Shown one piece after another: positions 14,901-27,600 of a stretch of DNA of 64,000 nt. The DNA is from Lingula anatina. Lineage: Eukaryota; Animalia; Brachiopoda. Numbering within the stretch: position 1 is the first letter of the stretch; every line of letters begins with the position of its first letter. The position numbers and the translations under genes were made by a program. Under the pieces are notes generated by a model. That model did not search any database. It worked only from the letters and a program-made list of their open reading frames with translations, and was not told the origin of the DNA. The DNA is taken from positions 23,188,001 to 23,252,000 of the forward strand of contig CM120646.1 in assembly GCA_051362555.1 (NCBI GenBank), read 5' to 3'.

Positions 14901-17900
14901 CACTGGATATTTGGAGTTTAGAGGTAGGGTTGTTATTTTGTGGGAATATACATTAGGCAATGTCTCTTTTGTGTTAATCTTAGTTTTATTGTGTTGGATG
15001 TGACATTAGATTCAGATTCAGTTGTGAGAAGTTTTGTTTCAATTTTTGCTTTAAATACTTAAAAACACATAATAAATTTCAATGACTGTTAATTTAGTAG
15101 ACTCATCATTTACTGTAAGGAATATTTATTTGAGGATAAGCTTTGACAGATAACATTATACAATATCGATACATTTATTGTTCCCATTTCCTATGTCCAG
15201 GTACTCAACGTCTGACAGGTATCCAGGTAGATGACACAGCTAACTACACCTGTCTGGGCTCCAACCACCTGTCAGAGAGCAGAGGAGGCGGCAAACTCTC
15301 CAGCTCTGTAGAACTGCTTGTTAGATGTAAGTAACCTGAACTAAGAAAATCAGAAGGTGAAACATTCCTAATTGGTTGTGGATTTGTTTCTCATGTTTTT
15401 TCTTCAAAAATTCGAATGTCAGAACAAGTGAACATGTTTAAATTTGAGTACCTTAGAAGTTCATTAAATAGGACTGAAATAATATTGCATTATAATGATA
15501 ATAAGTTTTAAGTTATTCTTCAGCAGACTTTCATGTTGCTGTAATCTGAGGTCTCATATACTTCACAGACTTTGTCTCTCAATGTCCTGTTTTTACTTTC
15601 TACAGATGCCCCAATGCTGGACAGAACCCAGGACAAAGTGGCAGTGGACATGAACCAGACTGCCTCCCTGGTCTGTCAGTCTCAGGCGTATCCCGCGGTA
15701 ACCTTCCGTTGGATACATGCAGGACAGCCAATCACAGCAGATGGTAGGCGGAGCTTCAGTGAGAGTTCTGGGGCAGGTCTTCAGACGAGCACCCTGACTA
15801 TCACCAGGGTTTCCCAGGGTGACTTGGGGAATTACTCCTGCATAGCTACGAACCCTGTGGGAGAGACTACTGTCAACATAGACCTCACTGTGAGAAGTAA
15901 GTTATGTGTTATCTATTTACCTGTTTATTTATTTCCTTTGTATCTGTTTAGCAGTTTGATTGGAAATATATTTATTTATGCAATTCTTGGCAACATGTTA
16001 CTTTCATAGAAAATTTTGTAACAATCCACAAGATACGTTTGTCATTATTTTTCATATTTTTATCCCAATTTGTCTTCAATGACCCTGGCACTTTCACTTT
16101 CCTCTACCAGGACAACCAGATGCTCCTACCAACCTGAGAGTACGAGAGAACACCTGGGACTCTGTGCTACTGGAGTGGACGCCTGGGTTTAATGGCGGCT
16201 ACGACCAGACTTTTGTCATCGTGAAGACCAACAGCAGTGGGAAGGAAGAGATACAGGTCGGGTTTGTCATGCAGTACAATATAACAGGTAAGTTAGCCAA
16301 GTAAGTTAATCAAGTTTAAATCATGTGATTATCTCATAAAGTTGCTATTAATATAAAAATGTTGTTTTAGTAGTAGAACATAAAAGAACTCATTTTATGA
16401 AAATTTAAATGGAAATAGTAGTTTATACATTTTTATGTGCAATAATTATTATTCCAAAAAAAAATCTTTGCAGCCTTTAATATGCTTTCCTTCAAAATCT
16501 TAATTTGTATTCAGATGTGTGATAATATATATTAAATTCCATTTTCCAGGTTTATTTCCTGACACCTCCTACACATTCCAAGTGTATGGTAAGAATGCAC
16601 TGAAGGCTGGGGATTACTCTCAAGGAGTTCCTGTGAGGACGGCAGGTGAGAACTGTACCACTGGTATACTGTATAACAGTACTGTACATAAAAAAGGAAA
16701 ATAACTGGAAGCAATATTTATTTTTATTTGCATGATAACTCAAGCATTTGGTCACTCTATCAATGGAAGTAAGGGTATTTTAACAATAATTTTTAAAATG
16801 CTGGTATGTTGCCTGATGACATATTTACAATATTTATCAATTTTAGCTTTGTATGAAAATCATCCTAGGTTAATAGCAGTGCTTCACTAATTCATATCTA
16901 AGCATCTCTTTTATAATTTCTTTCAGCATTATACGTCCCACCAGCCAGTGATGCTACATTCAATGGTGAGACGGGAACCCTGCAGTTTAAGTCCCAGTAT
17001 GACCAGTACTGCATACGTGTGGAGATTGAGAAGAAGAACGCAGAGGGTGTCTTGGAATGGCAGGAGGCAACACCATGTGCGCCACCTACAGTTGGGGACA
17101 ATTCTATCAAAATCCAAGACAATACTGTGTCATCACTTCGAGTTGCGCTGTGCCTGACCAGTCGGCCTGAAGTCTGCGGAGCTTTCAGTGTCGTCAATGC
17201 TACAAGAGGTGAGTAGTTTTGTTTATCAACTTGTAATGAAAAACTTGTAAAATGGAAATCTTAGACTAGATGCAGTGCCTTTAGAGACCTTGAAGTAAAT
17301 AACAGCTTCTTGATAGTTGATTCAAAATCTTTGGGCTATGTACACAGACAGTTTGACAATTAAAATTGGTATGATTATTAACATAATGATCTTTTAATCA
17401 GGATTATTTTAGGCAATAACTAACATGAAAATATGCTTCTCTGGGACTGCTTTTAAATGCACCAGCTTTTAAAATGAGCACTGTAAAATTGTTGGTCGTC
17501 TTAAATTGAATCATGAAACGAGAAAGTAATTTGTATACAAGCTGAGAATTGTAGCATATTTGTTCTGTCTGTTGCATAAACCCCTTACAGCTTTAATCTA
17601 CTGCTACCACCAGATACTTTGCGTTGCACCCTTTTTATCTCGTCTCTGTTTTTGTGTCTGTTTGTAGTTCTCACACCCCCACCTTCAGGTAAGAGGAGCT
17701 TACTGTACTTCTTTTAATGGGACTTTGGGTTGTGTTGACTGTAATTGTGTACATTGTGTTAGCTGTGCATTCTGGGTGTGCTGTGATTGTGCTGGAGGAA
17801 CAACTAGCGCAATGGTGTGAAGTGATGTTGTGATTGTGATTTTGTGGTCTGTTAAAGTTTAGCTGTATACATATTTATATTTATAATAAATTATGGAAAA

Positions 17901-20900
17901 TTCATTGGTGAAGGATGTGAATATATTTTATGTAACCATGCATGTTGACGTGGGCTATTGGATAAATTGTGAATATATGGTGATAGTTCCCCTTGCCCCA
18001 AACATGTAATCTATAAACCTCTCCAAGCCAGCTGATATTACTCATGATTTGTCTTACCCACATAACAATATTTTGATTTTACTTTTTATTTCAACATATT
18101 TTGTATTATTTGTATATGTTACCTGTGACTGTTATGTTGTTATTTATTGATATATACACTATTTTACAATTAAGTGTGTACCTTAGAAAAGGGTTATTTT
18201 GCATGGGGTTTCAACAAACCTGTTTTAACAATGTCATTTATATTACTGTATTAGATGTGATTTATATGTTTTTTATTTATTTATTCATTATTTTGAGGGT
18301 GGGTATGAAAAAGAACAATGATATCTGCTCAGGTAAAATTAAATTGATTATCGGACCAGACTTAATATACAGCTATATTGACTAGTAATACTAGGGTTGG
18401 ACAATATTAGGGCTTAATACTGTGACTATTGTTGTTTAATGAATTGTGCTTTGTTTATTATTCTGCAGTAAAAATCCATTAATCTGCAGCTAATCCATGG
18501 CATAAAGGCCAGAATGGGGGGCACTATTAACTTTTGATCTCAATTGAACAATGCTTATGAAAACAAAGAGATATCCCCCCTTTACAATTCATTGTGCTGT
18601 TCACTGGTGAGGCTTGTAATTATATTGATGATTATAGGCGAGTTTGTACATAGGGCAGGTTGATTTCCAATGTGATTGAGGTGTATAAAGAACACCTGGT
18701 GAGACCCTGGGGCTGTGACAGCTTTAACAGGGTATTACATCCAGAGTAATTATATCAGCTAGGACTTATTAACCATTTTAGTGGCTTCTGTTCCTGAAGT
18801 GAGTATTCTTGGTGTTCTGTTAATTCTGAAAAAAAAATGAGGTAAGCGGGAGTTTCATGTATTAGGAAAAATGGTTAGCAATTTGGGATTTGTTAAATTA
18901 TGTGAGACCTAGAAATTTTACTGAAATTTGTCAGGGATTTGTTTAGGACCTTTCTTGGTGAAATTGTGATAATGCTCATTCTTGTAACTTACAGGCGGAA
19001 TGTACATGTCCTATAAAAGAGTGCTTATAATAACTAAAACACACAGTGAGACCATTTCAGTAAAAAAAAATGTGAAAGTCACAGTTAAATTAGATTTATA
19101 TCACTTGCTAACGAGAATTGTCTGGAACCTATGGCTGTTTCTCAGTGACAATTATTTATACCAGTGTTCAGAGTCAGATTTCTATCTATACTTCACAGCA
19201 ACAGGATATCCTCCTACATGTCATAGTCAACACTTTAATATATACATCAAACCTGGAAAAAAGCTCTTCGTTGCTACACACAAAAAATACTTAAGAAAAA
19301 GGAGGACAAAAAAGTTGTTTTGGCATGCCATTCTTCTTTGGCTTCTAACTCGACAGGGATGTGTCTATATTTTGAGAGATCTTATAATTCAACTCAGCAG
19401 GTAGTTTTTAAGTGAAGTATACAGGAGAGTGCAGGATACTGTGGTTACCAGGCTTTCTCTACATGATATCCATGATATTGCTTTTACTGCAAATTCTTTG
19501 TGCTCAATGTAAAATAATAGTTACATGAAGACCTATGATTTTTTTGCAAAGAAAGATGACTTAAAATCTAGCCATATATATTTTATGGTTACTTTATGGA
19601 ATTATAGTCTGACATTGAAAACATAGGTTGGAGCACATTTCTATTCATTAATTTTTTACATCGTCATTTGTTAGGTGCTGTTTTGCTCGTGAAGACATAT
19701 AAAAATTGATATGAATATTTTATATCTCATTCTGAGCACCATACTGATCACTAGAATCATTAACAAAGATGTGGATCACCATATCACACTCTTTCCTGAT
19801 ATATGACATCCCACAATGGCAGGTGACGTTGGAGAACACTATGTTACTATAGCAACAGGTCTAGGTGATGGGCATAGAACAAGGTGTAATTGTCTCTGAG
19901 CTAGTCTTCCTCAACCTGTCGTGCTGGTACTAATGAGAGTCTGTATTGTCACCAGGTGATTATTTGGTAATGATCCACAAGGTGGTCGATATGTATTATG
20001 TAAGAAAATGTCTTTCTAGACTGAAAGGACGATGTGACATACAGGCGTACATGTTTGAGCTCAGTTAAGATGAGATAAGAGTTTATTTAGCCAGTTATAA
20101 AAAACGAAAATCATTTTCCTTTTGGAGCAAGTTTGATCAAATACAGAGTAAAATTAATACAATAGATAAATAAAGAGCTTGGTTTAGAGATCAAATTAAA
20201 ATGCATCACTTTAAGTTGCACATGCACCACTATCAGTCATGTGAAGTGAAATCAACACAAAGTGAAATGTACGTGCTGTGAAATCTACAAGGAAATTGAC
20301 GTGGAGTTATGGTGTGAAATATGCAGTTATGGCAAATGGCAGCTAGTTTATGCACTCACAGCAAATAACGGAATGAAATAGATGCTAATATTCTAGGGTG
20401 ACATGTGAGGTATTACATGAACCCTGGACTCAGGTGGGGAACAAATTACAGCAAATTAGTTCTCACGAATCTGTAGCCAAATACATGGGAGAAAGAAATC
20501 AGAGATGTATCTGAGTATCCTTCATTGCGTATCCACAGAAATCTCTTAGTTCAACAACATTCCTTTTTGACAAACAGACCTCAGATTCCACTGTAGTGTA
20601 AACAGTCTTTCAAATTATACCAAAACACATGGGCCATCAGGTAGACACTAGATGAAGTGATCTATTAGGAAAGTTTTCTCTCTGTTCTTTTGTTGAGTAA
20701 AGGTAGTGAAAAATGCTTCCAAGAAAACTTATTTAGATTCTTGTTTATAAGATGAGAAAAAAAAACTGATTGAGAATGCTATCTAATGAGAACAGTGTTA
20801 TAAGATGCAAGGGAAATCAAATATATTGTTGATTGATTAGCAAATAAAAATTCTGGACAACAATGAAGGTAGGCAAACAAAAGAAAAAAATTATTTGTCT

Positions 20901-22919
20901 TTGTCAAGAAGACAAACTTAACCACAATATATGTCAAGGATTTAATTGTAAGGGAAAACATTAATAATTTACAGTAGATCTCATATTTGACAAGCCTGTG
21001 TACATTGCTGAACTTTGATTGACAGTGGGAAATAATGATTAGAGTTTGACAGAGCAAATTGACAGATGATAGATTTGAGAGGCACTTGTGTGACTATGTA
21101 CTGGTTGATTGATCCAGAGAAGGACTGCTGTGTATCACAGCTAGCTTTATATTGAGCTGGATTAGGGCTCAAGAAGATCAATTTTCTGAAAATTGGTCAA
21201 AAATTTCCTTTAAATATTGACTTTTAAGTCACATTTTAAGTATCAATATCCACATAAGAGGCATTCATCAAAGTAGCAATTACACTTAATTAAAAGTCGT
21301 TGGCATGTGAATGGTCTCTGGATAAAAATTGACTTTCTCACAGAAGGTCACTCCCTCTGTGGAGCCCTGTTTATGACACACCTGGAAGGTAATGGTAAAG
21401 CTGTCCTCATCATAGAAAAGTCTGGCACAGTCGGCCGTAGAACACTTACAGGTTTCAAGAGGAGAGAGAGAGAAAACACGATACTTTTTAGGGCTTGAAG
21501 ATAGAGGTGGAATGTAACACCCACAGCTTAAGGGTTTAGGGAAGGAAGACAAGACACATTTAAGAGTCAGATAGACAAAACAGGAGAGTAAAACACTGTC
21601 AAACTGTTGATGCCAGCTGCTGATAACGAGAATTGTTCCAAGGACACCATCTTGATATATACAGTTACCTTCATTGAGAGAAATGTTAACCTAAGGTGAC
21701 AGTTAAAAGGTAGATGATTGCACTGGCCACTTGAATATATCCACAGGGTCTGGACACTAGTTTTGGACAGTGTCCACTGGTCCTAGACAGTCTCCAGCAG
21801 ACAATATAAAAGACATACTCACAGCCAGGTTGTGGAATTGAGGGCCTGCTGTAGGAAGTGTCCAGAAGAGATATGTGCAGTGTGGGATATATCTTTATTA
21901 ACAGCCTTGAAAATTGGTGGTTTTGAAAAAATACATGGAAAATACAGGAATTCACTGATAAACTCATCTTCAAACCAGCGATTCAAGGACGATTCCTTTA
22001 GTGTACAAAGTTGTTGTCATTTAAGTCTGCAGCACATCCAGGTGCTCACACAGTCTCCACTGGTGTGCGTGAGGAGCTGATGTCACGGACAGAGGCTGCC
22101 CCATCTGTCTGAGTGTCGTTAAGTGACTGTCCCCTCTCTCACCTGTACCACTACACCTGGTGTCACCAGCTGTGGCACGTGTCACAACCTGTGTGGTGCA
22201 TGACAATCCACAGCCAAGCTCTTAACAGGGACTTCTTCATAGTAACACCAGCTGGATTGAAGAAGAGTTTCGTTTTTGTCTTTAATGATTTTTCTCTCCA
22301 GTTTTGTAGAAGACAGTTTGAAACATCTCTGCTTGTATTTTAGAGATAGGTTGTTTTTTTTTGTTGGTGGAGAAATTACATTTGTTCCATTCATCCTGGA
22401 AGAATTACAAAACAGATAGGATATTAGTTTTCACTTGCTTCTTGGAAAATTCACTTAGCATAATAACGGAAACACCAGATAGAACTAGATAGACTAGAAG
22501 AAAGAGGAGGTTTAGAGAATAACACCATTTCAGCAGTTAATTAAAATTTGAAACACAATCAGGAGTTTCATTTGGAAACTTCAACGAACAGCGACTTTGT
22601 AATTGGAGAACAAAGAAAGAAAATGTTTGGTACTGGATGCAGCTAAAATTAATTTTACGGCTGAGAGAAAGTGTCTCAGGGAACTAAATCTTGTAAAGTA
22701 GAAGAGCAATATTTTAGGACATTTTTGTCACAAGTGAGAGCAAGTAGACTTTGAACAGTGGATGATAAAAAAGCCAGTAGCTGACTTTACTGGGCGGCAG
22801 TTGCGTGTGTAAAAGGTCAGTTTATTTGACCTTCAAACTTGTCTAGTTCACTGATAATATCCAGAATTCATCCAGGACGAGACTCCCATCTTGAACTGAA
22901 CAGCACTCCTCCCTTCACT

Positions 22920-22964
<45 letters not shown>

Positions 22965-24652
22965 ATTTACCCAACAACCTGAAAACATCCTATTCCCTCC
23001 TCAAATATTTGAGATTTCTCAAGTTTCAGTTTTAACTAAAGGCGGCACTGGATACTGAGTGAGAAGAAGTCTACAGTGTGATTTGCTGGTGGATACATTG
23101 TGCAGATAAAGCTGTCAGGATCTACTCCACAGCTAAGATACAGGGTTCATCACATCATTTAGATAAGATTCCTCAACAGAGACAGTTTGGGGATCAGAAG
23201 ATTAACTCCTGTATTATCAGCTAGGAGAACTAACTTAGTCTTATAATATTACCAGTGAAGTTGGTTATCCTAGTGGAGACATTTGAAATCTTCGTATTTT
23301 TAGCGGGTATTTCTTTCATTAAAAGGAAAGGTAGAATGGAAACAACAGAGACTGTGAATACTACATCAGGGAGTGAAGGTAAGATCATAAGTATCTGATA
23401 TATCTAGCCTGTTTTATAAGGTAAACATCTGTAACATGTTTCTATTGATACTGGGTTTCAGACTTTTACATTCTGGAGATATGGTCTTGAGTATGAATTA
23501 TTAGCATGGTATTTATTCTAAGTCAGTCAATATTGCAAACTGGAATTATAAGATATCAAGCATCAAAGTGTTAAACTCTTGTTTAGTGTGTTTTTTATTC
23601 TCTCTCTCTCTGAATCTGACAGATCTGACAGAAAGGTTACACTATAGTCCATTATTGAATCTGCCATTATTACAGCAGCATAGTTGATTAAGTAATGTAT
23701 TTAAAGCGAGGCAAGTCGTCAATCCTTACGTTAAATATACTAAAGTGCTGGAACAACACCTGATTTAAGACACCCTAGCCGTTGAAACTGAGGAGTAAAC
23801 AAATACAGTTTACTCCGCTTAACAAATAAGGGCTAGATTTAATGGACGGAGAATGAGGTAAGGGGTACAGAGGTAGAAATAGAAAAGGGATTGAGATATT
23901 TGAACAAGATGACTTGTTATGCTGACAGAATTATGGCAGTGCTTAAAGCAACAAGCTGATGACAGCCCTTTAAAAGTGGCTTTGAGTGAGCTTTTTCTTT
24001 TCAAGTTTATGAAAATTAATTCATTATACGCTTGGCGCAATAAGAAGGAAACTGCAAAATGTTTACTTTCAAAGTTAAAAAAGGATTTAGGTCAAGTGTA
24101 TTTTCTGTTTGAAAACAAAAATTTCAAGATTCTGGAATTATGACTTGCACATTTTACCTTTTCTTTGTTACCCCCATCTAAAACTAGGAAGCTCTTTTAT
24201 GAATTACTTCAATTACTCCATTAAATCTAATTCCATGTCAGCATTATGTCTGTAACAAAGGCCAAGTTGCACATAATATATCAGTAACTGTCCAGATGTA
24301 CAATAATCATGACTAGTCCTGACTCTAGTTCACCAGATTGCCTTTAATTTCATCCTTAAATTGCTCCTTATGATAGATGAGGTTAGAGATCTTAGTCGCA
24401 GATAATGAAAGGTGTCTGGTTCCACAACCCCTGGTTGCAATTTGGGGGTTATTGCAGGCACAATTTTCAATTTTGATTTTCCGCTAATCTTTTTCACCTG
24501 GCCACTTAGTATGAGCATGTAATGAAACATGATGAGGAAGTCATGATACTAGGGTTCTGGTGAAGTGGATTAAAGTAATGTTAACTTGGGTAATGTGTAA
24601 ATAGGCTCCTGGGAGAAGATATAGGAAATAATTAGTTTTTCTGATTGCAACT

Positions 24653-24698
<46 letters not shown>

Positions 24699-27600
24699 CA
24701 TGCTTCATATACCTTTCCTTATAATTATTATATCATGTTTCTATTAGTCATTGAAATTAAATGCCTTTGAAGCTTTTTCATCATCTCAATATCCCCATTA
24801 TGTCAACCATTGGTATCAGATTCTCTATTCCCTTCATCATTAGAGCACATTACAAACTCATCATTGGTTTCTTGTCCCCATCAAATGTCATTATCTCCCA
24901 GCTTTCATATAGTTCATAAAGGTGTGCTAGAGCACAAATCACCTTCAGTTCCATTATGTGGATTTAAGTTGCAGGTTTTGGTAGGGAGATTGCCATCTTT
25001 AATTTAGCCAGGCTAAGATAAGAGAACTGAATCATGACATTAGCTTAAAACTAGTTGAAAGTTTGAAATATGCCCACTGTTTTTAATAAAGTTGATATGG
25101 ATATGAGGAGCGTTGAAGTCAACATTTAATCTTCAACAATAACTGGCAGAGGTAATTTTACAGTGAGCATATATTTAAAGATACAGTTGAAGTTCTTAAA
25201 CAAATTTATATTTATCTGCCTGTATAACATGTCAAAAGTAATCATAACTGATATGAAAATGTTGCGGATAAATGTATTTTTACAACAGACAATGAGATGT
25301 GGAAATAGAATGGATATAAATCAGAGAAGACATGCAATATAATACAGCTTTGTCATATTGCACAATAGAACTGCTATGCTGTTAGTTTTCATTGTACTTG
25401 AAGCTAGTTTTATTCCGTGAATTTTTTTCGTCTATGGATTCAGCTGAAAAGCATGAGCGTTTAGCATTTGGATTTTTTTATTAGTATTTGATTTTTAAAC
25501 ATATTTGCAATGACTTCTTCCTCAAATCGGTATTTATACAGTACATATGACTGTTCAGAAAATATGCTTTCTTAAAAGATGTCAATATTTATCCATCATA
25601 GTCAAGGGCCAAAAACTCACTTGTGGTGAATAATAACAACCTGAAATCAGACAGAAGAAATACAGGGCATGATTGATGGCCAATACAAGCAGTATATTTA
25701 CTTTAATTTCATTAAAACTGCCAATTATTTTTATCATCATTCTAGTGCTCCCAGTGGGGGCAGTACCTGTCCCCTCCCCACATGAGTTATTGCTGTGAGA
25801 CAGGGAGGGTCATGTGATCAGGAAACCCTCAGGGAGAATTGGGCTCGAAGAGAGGGGGCTCCGATGAAGCCATTGTGAATTTTCAAAAGGCTTTATGATT
25901 CATGTATAATTTACCTGACTTGGGGTGGGTCTCTTTAGAAATAGGTGACCCTGTGGGAGTGGGGTTCTTTTCTGAAGCCGTAAATGGAAGAAAATGGGGA
26001 TAATTTTGTGGAAATTATGTGTCATTGGTAGAAAATCTGTCTGCCAAGAAAGAAAGTGAAATGAGTTAATGTTGGAATGTAAGCATTATGTTTTTCTTTC
26101 AAATAAAGTAATGGGATGAAGGGGGGTATTTTTGCAAAGTTCAGGAGCACAGAAATAGCCCTTAATTACTGTAATTAAATTTCCTACTTAATATATCTCA
26201 TATCAGCATATTTTTAGATGAAAATTTACTTCATAATTTGTGAATAGCTGTGCTTTAAGCAATAAGTCACACTTTCCCCAGTACGGCCACTCCCTGTTGT
26301 ACCCCTGTAAGGTCTTACCCCATCTCCCACCATTATCTCCACCTCTCCTCTGAGTCATTATATTACTACCAAGAGAGGCAGACCTCACTGCACACCTCTC
26401 CATACCACCACACACTCACCGAGGAGATGTTTGTATTTTGAAAGCCCAGTGAATAGGAAGCCATTGTGTGGTGTGTTCGGGTGAGCGGGCTGTCATTGAA
26501 AGGGATTCAGCACCACACACAATAGAGGAGGCAACACACTGATGGAGAGATTGGGTGACACACTTTAAATAAGAGGTCTCGAGGTGCTCTATCACCGGTC
26601 AGTTAAGCCTGGACACTGTAGCGAGTGGACTTTATTAGATAGAGTTGTTGTTAGTACAGCTTGACCCCGAGGGTAGGGCTCAGGATAGAAGGTTGTTGTA
26701 TGATATATATTTCCCGCTGAGTGACACAGACAGGAGGCGTGTACGCTACAGAGACACAATATAGACACAGATCTGGATGTATTTATATTGAAAGATAGTC
26801 ATCAGTATAATATTATCAACATACTGCCAGGTGATAGAGCTTTGGATTATTTCTTTAACAGACCCCAGTGGACTGTTTTATTCAGTGGGAATAGAAAGGA
26901 TCCAAAAGTAAGTACTTTTACTATTTTTATCTGTTAAATCACAACAGGGAAGTACCAACAGGCAGGTTTGAAGGTCTCCCTAGTCTCTATATATGTACAG
27001 CCATATTGCCAACATATGGAACATCACAAAAATGTAAAGAGTCGATCTGATATTTTATCACAAAAATTACTAAGTTATTTATATTAGTACACTCTGAGAT
27101 TATGATACTCAAAATTATTTAGTGTCTCATTGTCAGGAAATGTCAGGTATTTTTCTGTATATAGACACACTTCAATATAACCCAATCAGTGGCATCATTA
27201 GCAGGTTTATCATCAGCAGATTAGTATATTATCAGTGGATGTAGAGAGGATTTCATATCAGGAGCTGAATGTTACAAACTGACTACTGTGATAGGTTAAA
27301 TCAACAGTAATCACTCACATCTTGCCCATGGGGTCTTATAAAGGTAGTGTTACCTGTTACTTAGACATAAATTTTAATTAATGTATACCTGGCTAACATT
27401 GATGGGTTTTACATGACAAGGTAGGGATATTGGAGGAGAAAGCAAGCAAATGATAATGTAATCAAGTCTCTTTACGATCCTCAAGTCCTTCATATGTTTT
27501 TAGATTTTTCTATAACTACTAATTTGACAAGCACAATGACAGTATGTGAAAGCTGATGAATTTTGGAGTAAAGGACTCCATTTAGACCAAAAATAGTATT

